In this document: positions 34,844 to 53,089 of the stretch, in pieces | Numbering within the stretch: position 1 is the stretch's first letter | Layout of the letters: each line of letters begins with the position of its first letter | Assembly (NCBI GenBank): GCA_009103225.1 | Contig: RHPI01002656.1 | Coordinates: 310,001-374,000, forward strand | Direction of reading: 5' to 3' | Length of the DNA stretch: 64,000 nucleotides | From: Chlorokybus atmophyticus | Lineage: Eukaryota; Plantae; Mesostigma and Chlorokybus algae | Notes under the pieces: generated by a model | Database searches by the model: none | What the model was told of the DNA's origin: nothing | What the model saw: the letters and a program-made list of their open reading frames with translations, nothing else | Translations under genes and position numbers: made by a program

Positions 34844-37217
34844 TCTGCACTATCGCAACCAGCATATAGCAAAGACTAGCATTATACCAGCAAAGCAATA
34901 TAAGCCACTGGCAGACCACCAGCCAAAGCCACGCAGACTAGCAAACCAACAACACACATCGGTAAGACTAACAGCTTTCAAGCCTCATCAGCCAATCAAA
35001 CAGAGTACTAAACTAGCAGCCTAGACCAGTCAGCAAGCAAATAAACAAACAAGAAAACAAGAAGACAAGCGATAGGCGACGCTATGTTGTGCACGGTGCT
35101 TGCGCGGATGAGAACCCTGTTGCAGTTGTGCACAAAGCATTATGTAAGTTTAGCAAACAACCGCACAACACAAACACGCTGCATAAGGGAGACGCGCTTT
35201 AAAACTACTGTTCAAGTTGCAAGCTTGACAATTGCCATGACTATTGCTGGACATGTAGGCCGTTAGCTAGTTTGAGCCATTTAAAACTCTTACTATTGCG
35301 ACCAGCAGTATTGACTTTAATTGCTTGCATACATGAAGCTGCAAGGGAGCAAACCAAACAGCCATGTCTACTCAGCGTCTCTCGGACTCGGGTGTAGGCG
35401 CTGCATGTTGCATTAGCATTAACTTGCGTCGTACGTTCAGAGCTGCAAGGTGTCAAAGAGTGGCAGTTGATATAATTTGATGTACGGAAACAGCAGCCAA
35501 TGCTTGACACACATGCATATGAGATTATTGAGACAAATGCCACTAGCATTATAACACCAAAGGCTGGACACAGCAGGTTATGTACTTGAGCTGTAGCGCA
35601 GGTTGTAACAAGCATGAAGGAAAACACGCACATAAACGCATACAATTAGACATAAGGCAGTCAGCAGCAGCAAGCACACAAAACAAACGCTGGTGCTATT
35701 AAGATTTGCCAGCAGATATTGAACACGCAGCAAGCGTAAATGCTTGCAAGCTATTGCGGAGCTGCTGCCGAGCAGCTGGACAAGCAAGCACTTGCCACCA
35801 GCTTATCAAGCTTGCCTTGCGCAAGCAGCTGAAGCCCTCTGCCTCGCTGGTTCGAGCTCCATAGAGCAGGTCTTCATCCAGCAAGTCGCTCTGCTTAGTA
35901 AGAAATACACAACGCCACGTTGAGCAGCAACAAGCAACGGAAAATGGTTGACAATTGCGTGAATGCTATGCCAAACACAAGAAAACTTAAACAAAAGGGC
36001 ATTGGCTTGAGTCAGTGGCAAGTTGGGCAGCAACACTAAGACGAGTGGGTAGCAGCAGAGCAGCTTGCACAAAGCACGTCTTGCTGTGCCGCAAGCTCTG
36101 AAACACAAGCAAGCACCTCAGGGGCGTCGGCGCATAGTGTGTCCTTAAGAGGAGGATGTCTGCTAGAATCTTCAAGTCGACCATCAGGTAGCAACTGCAG
36201 CAGGCAGCGCCTTCATGCAACCAAAGATGCATTGTTACAAATGTGGTAGCACACTTCTATATGACAATCAGACTATGCAGTGTGTGTCATAACTCGTGAC
36301 GTCATGAGACGTCGACTATCCAATTGTTCGGCTTAAGTGGTCTTCGCGAATCGCATTTTGCATACATTGCGGCGCAATGCTCATAGCCCACATTGGAGTA
36401 CCTACAGGCTGCAAGTACTCTGATTTCATCCACTCTAATGTAGACTAGGCCAGGTACACATGTAGGTTAGCCCAAACCTACCTGTGTACCGGTGACCATC
36501 TGCGTCATCACAAGGTCCGAGGACTATTGGGACCTCCGACTGCTAGGGCTCAACCAATGCACATCAGTAATGACATCACAATGAACTTCAGGCAGGCCCC
36601 ACACCCCTAATAATTTACACAGTCAGTGCGATGTGAGGCGGCCTCACTGAGGCCTACGCTCTGTGCACCAATTGGAGCCCATGAGTTGTCTCTGTTTGCG
36701 CATAGATAGAGCACACGTCGCCTTCGTCGCTGCCTTTCGCTGTGCGCGTCTCCACCGGCGTTGCCGCCGCCGCCGGCAACGGCGACAACGACGCCGGCGA
36801 CCACGGCGACGGTGGCGACGACCTTGACGACTAGGATTACGCTGACGACCACAACAACGGTAACGGCGGCAGCTTGGGTTGGGAGTGACGGCGAGCAGCA
36901 GCAAGGCAGGTGCTTGCTAACCCGTTTGTGCCACCAGTTTCTCCGCCCTTTTCTTTGGGTTCTTGCATCAGAAGTTCCAATGCTCCGGGACCTCTGGTGG
37001 AACTTGGTACTATTGTTTGAGGACACGTCTATCAATCTGTTGTCATTGTGATCACATTATCTTGTCGTCAGGACAATTTTAGGGGAAGAACAACGTAAAT
37101 CAGTCACCAAACACAAGTCCAACACTTCACTGCGATGCTGCAGGAAGGGCTTTGGTAGACAAAAGCAGTGCATGCGCATGCTGCTTATAAAGCAACAGCA
37201 AGCAGAAGCCAGTCGCC

Positions 37218-40200
37218 ATGAGTCCTGACCCAAACTGCCCGTTGCCGGGCATTGACATACAGCTGGTGAGACTTGCTGATTGCTGCAAGCAGTTTCTTCT
37301 CGTGGAGTCTTTCCTCAGTCGAACTTATCCGTCATAACGACCGTGCTTGTGCTTGTGGGTGGGTGGGTGGGTGGGTGCGCACTCGTGCATAGACAAATGT
37401 GTTCATGTGTCTGTCTGTGGCGCATGCAGAAAGCCAAACCAACATGGCGCGATCACGCCCGGCAACTGGGCAGCTTTGTCGGACCGGGCTTCTTGGTTGC
37501 CATAGCCTACATCGACCCTGGGAACTGTGAGCACTGTCTTTGCACGCATGCATGCATGCATGCGTGCAAATGGAACAGAAAAGTGTTAGGAGGTTAAGCT
37601 GTTTGCATTGCGTGCAGTCCAGAGCAACCTTGCTTCTGGAGCGCAGTTCCAGTATAAGGTGCTTGAGGGTTGAGTTGGTCTTGTTCAACAGGCACAACAT
37701 GTATGTTGCTTCTACTTGTTGTTGTTGACATAGTGGGGGCACTAACGTTGTGCAAACAGCTGCTGTGGGTGCTTCTGTACGCCTCCATCGCTGGCATGTT
37801 CGTACAAAGCTTGGCGGCCTCTCTTGGTGTAGTAACTGGTGAGTAGTGTGGGAATTGTCAATATATCCTCTCTCTGCGTGTGCGTGTGCTTGTGCATGTG
37901 AGTGTGTACTTACGAGGTTATGGAATTTATGTACACTTGCAGGGAAGCATCTGGCGCAGCACTGCCGGTCCGAGTATCCGCCAAAGGTGAATTTTGGCTT
38001 GTGGGTCCTCGCGGAGCTCGCCATGGTTGCTTCAGACATACCCGAAGGTAACGCGTGCTGAGTTAGGCAATGCAAGAAGACTGTGCAGGTGGTTATGATT
38101 ATGGTAATGATGATGACAGTGCTCACAATGGTGGTGCTTGCTGTCGGACTGTTTATATACCTTCGGCACTTTTCAGTCATAGGCACAGCCTTTGCGCTGC
38201 ATCTGCTCGTTGGCATACCTGTGTGGGCGGGTGTGCTCATCACTGGGTTCGACACGCTTCTCATCCTTTGCATCCAGCATTATGGGGTCTGTTGTTGCTG
38301 TTGTTATTATTTCTGTTTATGTTGTTGTTCCATGATCAGTTTTCAAAACTTAACATCTACTACCTTGCTTCGCAGATACGCAAGCTGGAGGTCGTCATTG
38401 GATCTCTCGTTTTAGTCATGGCCTCATGCTTCATCATCGAGCTCGGGTACATCCTTTGTTGTCATGACATCTGTTTCTATGTTGTTGTGATGCATTCATG
38501 GCAACACAGCCAACACTCTCTTCTCCCCAGTTATGTAAATCCGCAATGGGGAGATGCTGCCATGGGCTTGGTGCGCCCTCGCCTTCCCGGCAGTGAGGCT
38601 GTCCTCATTGCAGTTTCTCTCGTTGGTGCCGTCGTCATGCCTCACAACCTATATCTGCACTCCGCGCTTGTGCTAAGCAGACGCGGTGGACGCAAATTGG
38701 ATGAGCTCAAGGTGTGCATGCACGCGTTCATGTGTGCCATGTGGGTGTGTGCATGTACTGTCTCTGTGCCCGCAGGTGCGCATACATGCGTGTGGTTGCT
38801 TGCGTGGGTGTACGCAGGTGTACGCACGCGCATGTACGCGCGTACGCACATGCGCGTCCGTACAGCTGCGTGCACATGTGTGCAATGATGTGCACACGTG
38901 TGCACATGCACGTGCGTCGCTCAGTTACCGAGTGAGTACACACGTGCCTAGCTACAGGGAGCGCATGAGTCTTTTTTGAACAGGCCGCGGAGCGGTACTT
39001 CAGGGTTGAAACGACAGTGGCGCTTTGTCTTGCCTGCGTCATCAATATGTCGGTGACAGTTGTGGCTGCCACTGTTTGCACACGCCCAGGTAGGCATCTT
39101 GGCCTGCACGGCCTTGGACTCTCTGCCTTGTAGGCAACACGAGTAGCATACCTTCAAGTCGTACTTTGGATTCAATACCATCATCTTGCATAGCCTCGGT
39201 GCTGCTACATCATGAAGACCTCTGAGGTGACTGCCTGTCCTTCTTTTGCAGACTTGGCAACTGAAGACCGCGAGCGCTGCGCAGACTTGTCTTTGGACAA
39301 TGCTTTCTTTCTTCTTGGCGTAAGTACTTGCATTTCTTCAAGCCTCATCTGGCTCAGCTTGTTCAAAACAGCATTTGAGTTGGCCGTATACAAACCATAT
39401 GCAGACAACACTCGGAGCTGCGAGTCAGAAGCTGTACGGTGTTGCGCTGCTGGCTTCAGGGCAGTCTTCAACTGTCACTGGGACATATGCTGGCCAGCAT
39501 GTTATGTCGGTAAGTGTGTATAACTGAAGCTGCAGTGCTTGTAAGTGTGTATCTGTTGCTCATGCAGCTCGACCACTGCACAACCACCTGGTGGCATATA
39601 CACAACGCTCTCAAGCTGTGTGTTTGCTTCCATAACAAGCACTGACCTCTCTGTACACAGGGTTTCCTAAACATCCAATGGTCGCCATGGATTCGCAACT
39701 TGGTCACGCGCTGCGTGGCGATTGTTCCTTCACTGGCTGTTGCATTGGCAGCTGGCAGCAGCGGTGCTGGCAACCTCATCATCATTGCATCAGTGAGCGT
39801 CCATTCATCACGCAGTTGAAGCATGAACACTTGGCAACACTCATTTTTGGCTCTAAACTTGCTGCATGTTCGCAGGCTATTCTCTCCTTCCAGCTGCCTT
39901 TCGCACTCCTGCCGCTGATCAAGTTTGTCAGCAGCGAAGCCAAGATGGGCCCGCTCAAGAAGAAGAAAGCCCTCACCATCATTGCTTTCTTCCTTGCAGG
40001 TGCAAGGGACTGCATGTGCAACACTGATGCAGCAAATATCAATTGAATATTTACATTGGTAAAAGTTTCTAGTTCTAAACTTGCAACTGCAGTTGTGATT
40101 TTTTGCGCCAACTCGACGCTGCTTGGAAGCTTTCTTGTGGACGTCCGCCACTCGCACGGCATGCCCAGAGTTGCAAAGGAGTTCATCACTGTGATAGGTG

Positions 40201-40536
40201 AGCACTGTTTTCTTGTCTGATAAGCAGGTTGCTTGCTTGCTATGCTCATGCATTGTTGGCCCCATCAACCTGTATGCCGACCGTGACTCTAACGATGCTT
40301 GCTCTGTATGTTGTCTTGTAGCTGCCATATTGGCCGCATGCTACATAACAGCACTGTTATACCTGGCAATAAGGAAGGACCGCAACGTGACCTTCCCAGG
40401 GTTAGATACCACATTGGAAGAAGTTTCTCATGTTGAAGGAGAGGACCGCACTACATCACGCAACGAGTTAGAAGTTGCTGTTGTTCAGCCACGCGCAACG
40501 CCTCATGAAGACACAGCCTTGACCGCTGATTCTTAA
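37218..40536 (+). CDS. NRAMP: NRAMP divalent metal transporter (plant NRAMP1/5/6-like; multi-exon)
   Basis: [52 protein letters not shown] and [13 protein letters not shown] lie in successive GT-AG exons. The first exon at gccATG 37218 is inferred. Confidence 0.95.
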
Positions 40537-41047
40537 TCAGCGGGTACAAGAGATGCACTACATGAGGGTGGAAGCAATGTTGATGAGAAAGTTGCAGTAC
40601 ATGAGTCAGTTGTCGTTGCACCTACTGAGGGTGGAGGTACTCCTTGCAGAAAGTGCGAGTAGGGCTATGTTGAGGTTGTAGCAAAATTTTGTATGAAAAT
40701 ATTTATAAGAGATGACCCATATAATTTGCATTAGTGGAGTGTGTCATTCGCACGCTCATACATATTGTGCACAGTGGTAGATTGATTGCTATGTGTATGG
40801 GTGTGTTGGTTGCGAGATTATGACATGTGCATTTGCTAAACAATTAATTACGTTCGTCACATATGCGTCGGTTAAAGGGATATCAATGCATTGCTAATCA
40901 CTTCAAATATAAGTAACAGAATTTCCATTTAGGACTTGCAATTTGTCAGGTACGTTTCTTCTCTGTACACATTAAATTTAGTCGCCTCGAAGACTTGTGC
41001 AAAAAGTGCCAAAACCATAACGCTAATAAAGCTCAATACAACAATAA

Positions 41048-41048
<1 letters not shown>

Positions 41049-41088
<40 letters not shown>
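41049..41088. repeat. (TA)n microsatellite
   Basis: About 20 TA units. Confidence 0.95.
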
Positions 41089-41090
<2 letters not shown>

Positions 41091-41185
41091 AAGCGCACAA
41101 CAACGCAATTACGCACGCTAGCATGCGTGGGCTCGTGCCAAGAGCACTGCCAAGTCCGACAGGGTAGTCATAAGGGGTAGGTCGT

Positions 41186-41518
41186 TGTAACGGAGTGCTA
41201 CCGCTATGTGGTTTGAGACCCTTACTTAGTTAGAAATAAGGGTCCCAACGGGTAATAAACAGCCAATTGAGTCGTATTAGGGCCTTGATGGCCTTAATGT
41301 AGTGTAGCTTATCGCTAACGCTGTTATCGATGTGAGACTCATGTCTCACATCGATATCAGCCGCATGGCGCTGCTAACGCAGCGGCCGCCATAGCTAGAG
41401 GATCTTTTGCTCTGGCAGCTGCCCTGGCAGCGGCGGCGGCGGTGTGGGCCGGCGGTGTGGCTTATGGTGGTGTTGGGGTAGGGGATTCAAGGGGGCGGTA
41501 GCACCTCCCCCTCTTACA
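41186..41518 (+). repeat. 5' LTR of the chromovirus
   Basis: Roughly 90% identical (by eye) to 46736-47079. Confidence 0.95.
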
Positions 41519-41520
41519 TT

Positions 41521-41532
41521 TGGTATCGGAGC
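41521..41532 (+). other. primer-binding site, tRNA-iMet
   Basis: TGGTATCGGAGC, one mismatch from the canonical TGGTATCAGAGC, 2 nt after the LTR end. Confidence 0.9.
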
Positions 41533-42427
41533 AGGGGCGTGAAGGGCTGTGGGGGCGGCGGCGGCAGCTCTGGCGGTGGCAGGAGCAGCGGCAGCGAGTG
41601 ACGGCAGCAGCCGGCGGCACTGAGCAGTGCCAGGCGGCAGCACTAGCAGCCGCTACCCACGAGTTTGATTGGGTAGTGGTAGTTGTTAGTGTTGTTGTTG
41701 TTGTTGTTGTTGTTGTCGCTGCTGCTGGTGTAGCATAGCCTTGCTTGCTTATTTGCTTGCTTGCTTACTAGCTTAGCCTAGCCTAGCCTAGCTGCCCTGG
41801 CCTAGCCTTGCTTGTTAGTTTATAGGGAGGCGGCCACTTAGGCTGCCTCACCTGAAGTATTGCATCCCAGCACATCACTTGTAATCAATTATCATATTAT
41901 TACTTGTGAGCGTGCTCGTGGTTGGGGCTGCCACCGCGTGGATTCGTGGTGGTGTAAGGGGGGGTTGTGATTGTTTACACTTCTCCCACCCTAATGAAGT
42001 AGTCTAACGCCAACTTGGGCTGTTTTAGCCGCCATTCAGTGCGGTGGGGCCGCCAGATGCATTCTAAGCGATCGATATCAAACTTTCGACTCACAACTTG
42101 TCGATTTCAGCCTGTAGGGTTGATTCAACGAGAGTTTGGCACCTTTTGTGTCATTTGCAATTGTGAGTTGAGCTGAGTTGTACAAAGTGAAAACTTTAAA
42201 TTGCTATAGTTTGTGAACCGTCGCGTGGATTTGCGTACGATTTGTTTCCAAGGGAGCATCTTGTTGAGAGGTGTTGGGCAGTCATTTAACGTGCTGTTTA
42301 ACCCAAGTATAGCACCTTGAAATCAGCAAGGAAGAAACCATAAGTTTCAGCACTTTTTGAGTGCAGAACTAGTGTGGTTGTGCACTTGAACACTTCATTT
42401 ACTTACGACTTCATTCTTGGACAGATG

Positions 42428-46609
<4,182 letters not shown>

Positions 46610-46735
46610 TAAAAGGGTGCTGGCAGACATCTTTACCGCTTCGGCCCTGGTTCTCCTTCCCCTCAGGTTTTCAATGCTTATGGTAGGGCCTTGCTAGCCC
46701 TTTAATGAGGATATTAAAACTTAAGTGGGGGGGAA

Positions 46736-47079
46736 TGTAACGGAGTGCTACCGCTATGCGGTACCCCGTCCTTACTTAGTTAGAAATAAGGGTCCCAACG
46801 GGTAATAAACAGCCAATTAAGCCGTATTAGGGCCTTTATGGCCTTCTGTAGTGTTAGCTTATCGCTAACACTGATATCGATGTGAGACTCGTGTGTGAGA
46901 CACGAGTCTCACATCGATATCAGCCGCATGGCGGCTAACGCAGCAGCCGCCATAGCCAGAGGATTCTTTGCTCTGGCAGCTGCCCCGGCAGCGGCGGCGA
47001 CGGTGTGGGCCGGCAGCGTGGCTGGTGGTGGTGTTGGGGTAGGGGATCAAAGGGGGCGGTAGCACCTTCCCCTCTTACA
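46736..47079 (+). repeat. 3' LTR of the chromovirus
   Basis: It follows the PPT AAGTGGGGGGGAA and ends CTCTTACA before the TSD GTCGT. Confidence 0.95.
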
Positions 47080-48446
47080 GTCGTGGTGGTGGCCACTAGC
47101 CTGCACCGGGTTGAACCCGGAGCAATGCACACGGCCGTAGTCGCGCTCTTAAATAGTTACGCCATGAGCCCGCTGCAGTGCATAGGCAATCCGCTGACTA
47201 TATGACTACATGGGCACGAAACCTGACATATGAGTGGTATGCAATCCAAATACAGAACCACACGGCGCGCGCAGGCGGTGATGAGCTCGCGGAAAGACGC
47301 TCTCTCCATGTCTCTGCCGCCAGGGGATGAACTTGTCGCCTGACGCGTGGTCATTATGCTTCCGACTCTTGGCCAACTCAAACGCACGTGGTCTTCTCTT
47401 AAGCTAGGCGCTGCAGGTGACAATGGTGTCGACTGATAGTGGGCGGTCGTGGCCTGACTCGAAGGCCACATTTTACTGCAGTATTGTTGATGCGAAATTA
47501 TTGTGCACAACCACAAAGTGCTTACAATATACGTCATGCTACTTTGCGTCATATGATGATATGTAATGTTTAACCATCGATCATAAATAGCATTTGTCGC
47601 ACATATGGTACGATATTGCATTCTATAAATGCACATATTACAATGAGCAATAATTTGTGGCTTACACCTTACCAATATAGTTTTGATGATGTGGTAATAT
47701 TGCTTGTCGCGGCTGACGCTGTCATAGCGTCAGCCTTGACGATTGGGAAGATTGTTAACAATCTTCCCAATGAACGAGCACACTTTGCTCATGACATCGT
47801 TATGAGCAATTCAGCAAACCAAAGGGTTGTATGCCGTTATAACCTATTATGAGCTTGATTATAACAATAATGACTACATTGGTTGAAGAAATCTGAACAT
47901 AATAACCATACATTATATATGAGTATGACTGTTGTATAGTACAACATGTGCCATATATTTCACAATATCACTTATGACCCTGGGCCATTGGCCCATCAGT
48001 TATGGGCTTATCATAGTCTAGAGTGATGGCCACCACGGCCATCATCATGCAACGGGAACCCTTTCCCAAGGTTGCGTGCCCGCGGCACGGTGCGCGCGTC
48101 TTGATCATAGGCCCTTTTGCGGCGCGCACAGAGCTACGCGCTCCGCAGCCGCGCCCGGGCATCCCGCAGCAAGCAACTCTCCTCTAACAACGGCAGCCAT
48201 CGCCAACCAGCAAGAGATCAACACTTTTCTCTCTGTGAGCGTCCTAATCAAGCACGCATACAAGACAGCTGCGGAAAAGCTGCCGTTGTCCACGTGGAAC
48301 GCTAGGGTTTTAAGGGCGACGGCGGCGGGGCGGGCGGCGGCCGCGGCTGGGCAGGGGGCGTGGACGGGGCTTGCGGTTGGCTAGGGAGGGCGGGCGGGGT
48401 TGGGTGGCGAGACGAGGGCGGGTGGGTGGAGAAACGTGGGTGCGAG

Positions 48447-50317
48447 ATGGTGAGGCGGAGCAAGCGTCGCAGCGATGAGGCCGTGGCTCCGCCGCAGGCC
48501 AAGCGGCGGAGGAGGTCGGAGCCGGCTCACGCTGCCACCACAAGCAGTAGCATGTCTGAGGCGGAAGGCGTGGCCGGCACAGCTGCCAACGGCGAGGCGG
48601 GCGCCGCGGCTCCGGAGTCGTGCACCGGTGCCCCCAGCAGCAGTTGCAGCCTCCGCAAGGAGGTGCGGCGGCGCCAGCTGCGCCCGAAATGTGCCCGCAG
48701 GTGAGCGTCTGCCGTTGTCCGTCCGGGCGTGCGATGGTCCCAGAATATTAATATATCATGTGCCATCAGCCTGCCTTGTTGCGGGCGATCTTGAGGCTTG
48801 CTCCACGCATAATCTACAATTTCCCGGCACTTGTGTAGCATGCAGCGGCCTGATCAGGGTCTGCTAGGTTGTTAACACAAGATATCGGACAAGTAGTGCG
48901 TTGTACGAATTATTGGTGTGACTGCCAGGATTTTTTCTGGGTCGCTGCTTACTTGGCCGCTAAGTCCTAGAAGTTGGGGCAGATCCCTTGACAAGCGTAC
49001 ATGGCGACTGCACAACCGATCAGAGTGCTGTCTTGTCGGCCTCGTGCGCCTGTGTTCTTCAGCGTCCATCCAAGCTCTGCGTCGTAAATTGACAACTCTT
49101 TTGGAATTGGCTCTTGGTTGTTGATTCATGATACATCTTGCCCATGAAGATCCGCATGTGGTTGTGATTGGTATTGACAAAATTGGACAAGCTGAGAAGG
49201 CTCTTTACGCACATTTTTATATTTCCTTAGTCAATGATGTCTAGTCAACCACTGCATGTGCTTTGAGTTGGCAATTTATCCGTTGTGCAATAGTTGTGAA
49301 CATGCTCATGATAGCGCCCGTCATCTTTCCTGACCTGGGACCTTTAGTGACCCATTTGCCTTGTTGGCTTGCAGGCAGTCAGCGCCAGATGAGCTGACAT
49401 ACCCACCATCCACACCTGCACTATGGCTTGACCTACCGGAAGGCCCTTTGCACCGCGTTTTTGAGCTGATGGCATCATCAGAAGATGGGCACATTCATGT
49501 AAGTGCGCTTTACAGCAGCCATTGGCACATGCGCTTTGATCTCCAGTGCAAAAATTGTCCCACCCATAACAAGGTTGGCACCGGCAGTTGTACAGCAGTT
49601 GTTTAGTGTGTACACTGACTGTTACTGCTGGCAGGTCATGCGTGCAGGCAGAGTTTGCAAAAACTGGCGGGTGGCCTCGCAAGCCATATTGTTGGGAGAT
49701 ACCGCAGCATCCAGACCTCATAGGCCACTGCCTATTGCCAAAGCATGCTCCGCCCCCACGACAGTATCAAATATGGCAAACATTGACATGGAAGGCACCG
49801 GTATGTACATAACCATGCGTGCACTTCTCGATGCAGCTTAGTTACATGTTTACTCACGGGTGACTGTGCAGGTGGTCTGTCTGAATCAGTGCAGGCCCCG
49901 TTGAAACCCGCAGATGCTGGCAACAGTGGTAGCCACAGCTTAAGCCAGGAAGAAGGGCCCAGTGTCAGTCATGGCAACGGCCCTGCACCAAGCAATGGCA
50001 ACAGACCCGCGCCCAGCCCCCACCGCCCACCTCCAACACGCAGCGAGAGCTTGACACCAGGCGAGCTGCGCAGAGGTGCCACGCGCGCCGGGTCGCAAAA
50101 CAGCACCTACAGCTGCCCGCATCGGGGCCACAGACTCCGCCGCGGCCTACTTGCTTTGCAAGCTGGGGCCACAACAAATGCTAACCATGCAAGCCCCAGC
50201 TCCGTGGAGCCTGGCGCATCAGTTTCAACCCCTACAGCAGCAAGGCAGCAAGTGCAGAATGTCGCCAGCAGCAGCAATAATGTTTTGAGGCGCCTGCTGT
50301 CGCGTCTCAGGTCTTGA
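48447..50317 (+). CDS. F-box protein (multi-exon, low-complexity flanks)
   Basis: WLDLPEGPLHRVFELM...H|VMRAGRVCKNWRVAS is an F-box signature split by an intron at ~49500-49632. The N-terminal exon is basic and the last exon ends TGA at 50317. The exon chain is inferred. Confidence 0.62.
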
Positions 50318-51507
50318 TAACTGCCCTGATCCGCGTCATCTCTCTGCACGGTAGGCGCTATTGCACCAGTAACAGAGATTGCATGCAGTTGGGTAGGTTG
50401 TGTACCGGCAACGCTACCTGTACAGGAATAGTGCTTTACCAGTCTAGTAGGCCTTCAACTTAAGAACAGACTGTGGTGAGTGACTGAGCTGTGGGGGCTA
50501 TGCTGCAACCCTATGTCCCATGTTGGAATGTGTATGGAGTGGTCCGAGTAGGCATGGAAATGGTAGGGAGGTCGCTGTACTAAGCTTTGTAGGCATTTGG
50601 TAGGGAGACAGACTGGTTTAGACACTGGCGTGACTCGCAAAATCATGTAAACTTGTTGCATATGGCAACTGGTAGTTGCCAAGCACAAGCCATCATGCTG
50701 CAGGCAGGCTTCACGCCAACACCGCATGTTGCTGTACATTGTATGTGATGGCATTCAGTTAGTGTTGCGTGCTATGTCAGCAGCACAATATACTCGACAC
50801 CAGCCATTATTGTGGAGTAAGCTAACGTGATGAAATGAATATATACTACCATTCTCTCAAGGCCCCCCTCAAAACAACCCCCCTTTGTATTGAGGGGGGA
50901 GTAGAGCAGCACAGCACGTTGCACACATATTCTAGCATACCATCCTTTGTACATGTCTATGTACAGACACCTATGTATAGACACAAAAATTCCTAAGTTG
51001 TGGCATTGTACAGGATACGCTCGAGGCAATTGTGTTTGTACCTGCGGGTAGTTAGCCAATAGTGTTGCTAGGCTTTTAGTACAACTACTACTCTAGCCAG
51101 TTTCAAAACACAAAAACAAACAAACCGAAGCACAGGTAATGTGCAGACACCTATTCTACAACTATTGGCAGCCTATCCTGTACAAGAAGCCAAAGAAGCC
51201 AAAGTGTACACGAGGCGCAGTGCTCAATTGGTGCACGCGCTACTCATCCTGCAGTGTGGTCGCCCCTATACCACACATCGTGGTCCTCACAACCACACAA
51301 GTTAGCTGCAGCGCAGTACACGTAGGGAACTTCACAAAGTTTAGCATGTACAGACCCATTGCAGCACTAATTCGTCAAAGCTGTTGCCTCTGCGCACTAC
51401 CCTAAGCGACATAGCAGCAAATAAGAGCTACGTCAATGCAGCCATTGCTGCACCACAACTACACGAGGACAAACTACAACATCATACTGAGAACCCACCC
51501 AACACAA

Positions 51508-52278
51508 TCAATACACCAACAATGTCAACGCCATAGCTATACAAGAGAGCGAAACCCACGGGCTCAAGCGCTCACCTGCAACAACAACAAGATAGGCAGT
51601 CAGTGCAAGCGAGTAGCGGCACCAAGCAACTGTGACAAGGCAGGCAACAGCAAGGGGAATGCAACTCCCTTGCAATTGCAACACATGAAGCTCAAGTGTG
51701 CAAGGCGCATAAGCGCATGTGCGCATGCGCAGACCTGCATGTATGCGTGCAGAGACATGCATAAGCACACACACGCGTACCAATCCTGGCAGCCTTCCAG
51801 AAGAGGCCTCGGAAGCCTGTGCGCTGGAGGAAGAGGCGCGGGACCTTGGCCTTGAAGTAGGTGCACGTGCAGATGGTCAGCAGCACCACCATGAGAAAGG
51901 CCTGGAAATTGAACAGGGCCGACTGCGCACAGCACGTACGCCGCATGAGTTGTTAACGAAAGTAGGCAACGTGCATGCAGCCGTTTACACTTTACACGAG
52001 GAGGCATCGCGTGTGTCTTGACATGCACACACTCCATAAATGGGATCAGCACGAACTTGACTGGTTGTGTTTGCTTATCAACAACACAAAGTACAGTACG
52101 AACCCGTTGTACAAGTAGGCGAATACAAGCATGCAATCAAGCGCTCGCAGGTTAACAATGAATCTCAGTCTCCAACGTTGCCAATGATAATTCTACTGCC
52201 GTAGACTGTGGCTGTGTCACACGTACCATCCAGCTAGTTTCAAGCAACGCATATGAGTGCTATCATGACGCGTACCAT
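51508..52278 (-). CDS. TMEM167: protein kish (TMEM167), small Golgi membrane protein
   Basis: SALFNFQAFLMVVLLTICTCTYFK...GFRGLFWKAARIG|ERLSPWVSLSCIAMA. An ATG-only first exon is inferred at 52276-52278 (caacATG|gtacgc). Confidence 0.93.
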
Positions 52279-53089
52279 GTTGACAGCAGCAGCGTTGGGC
52301 CCAGCGTCTCACAGCCTCTCACAGCCTAACGGCGTCACCACGCTGGACGGCACGGGGGAAACCAGACGTACCAGGCCCATCGGCACATCTATCAGCGTGA
52401 TGATGTGTGCCACACTAACAGCGCATACCCAGCGCACGTCGTGTAACCACTTGCCAGCGCCACCGTTGTGACGAACGCCGCCAACGCTTGCGCAGCAAGT
52501 TGCGCTTCTGCATGTGTGCAACAACACTGCCGCCCAAACCCTAATCTGCCTGATATACGGAGTGCTGGTAGATATCAGGATGAGTCGGCATTTATCGAGA
52601 CGTCACGTGAGTCACCACTAAATGTGCTGATGCTGAAAATAGCTCGCGGGTACTCCGCCCTGCCAGGCAGGTAGCCAGGAGGATCTGTGTACTCTGTGGG
52701 AAAGAGAGCGTGCCGTTCCCGTTAGAATGCCTGATGCACGGCGTAGTGGATGGGTTAAACAACAATCTAACCCTAATTAGGGTTCTGGGTGTGGGTGTGG
52801 GTGTGTACCTTTACATCCAGCTTCATCAGTGGTTCAATGCTCCTCACCTTTGATGGTCACAAGTCACACAGAAATTGTTTCAACTCATATAGCTGATATA
52901 CCCTGTAACCACATTACTGTAATACCAGAACATAGCCAAGCACACACTGACTCGACAATAGGCCAGCGCTCGTGACTTGCAAGCACACACAATGCCGCCG
53001 TATATAGTTGAAACACCACCCTTTATTCCCTGTGACCAAGTAGTTCATACACAAACATAATCAACCCTGCACACATACTTACACAACTG

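Noticed and set aside
33742-36232. Minus-strand ORFs at 33742..34317 and 35241..36232
   Set aside because: I recognise no motif and could not build a convincing exon chain.
38712-38920. Long purine-pyrimidine alternating tract in an NRAMP intron (Z-DNA prone), and a G4-like run at ~30856-30885
   Set aside because: Similar low-complexity tracts occur throughout this genome's introns and intergenic DNA, with no specific signal.
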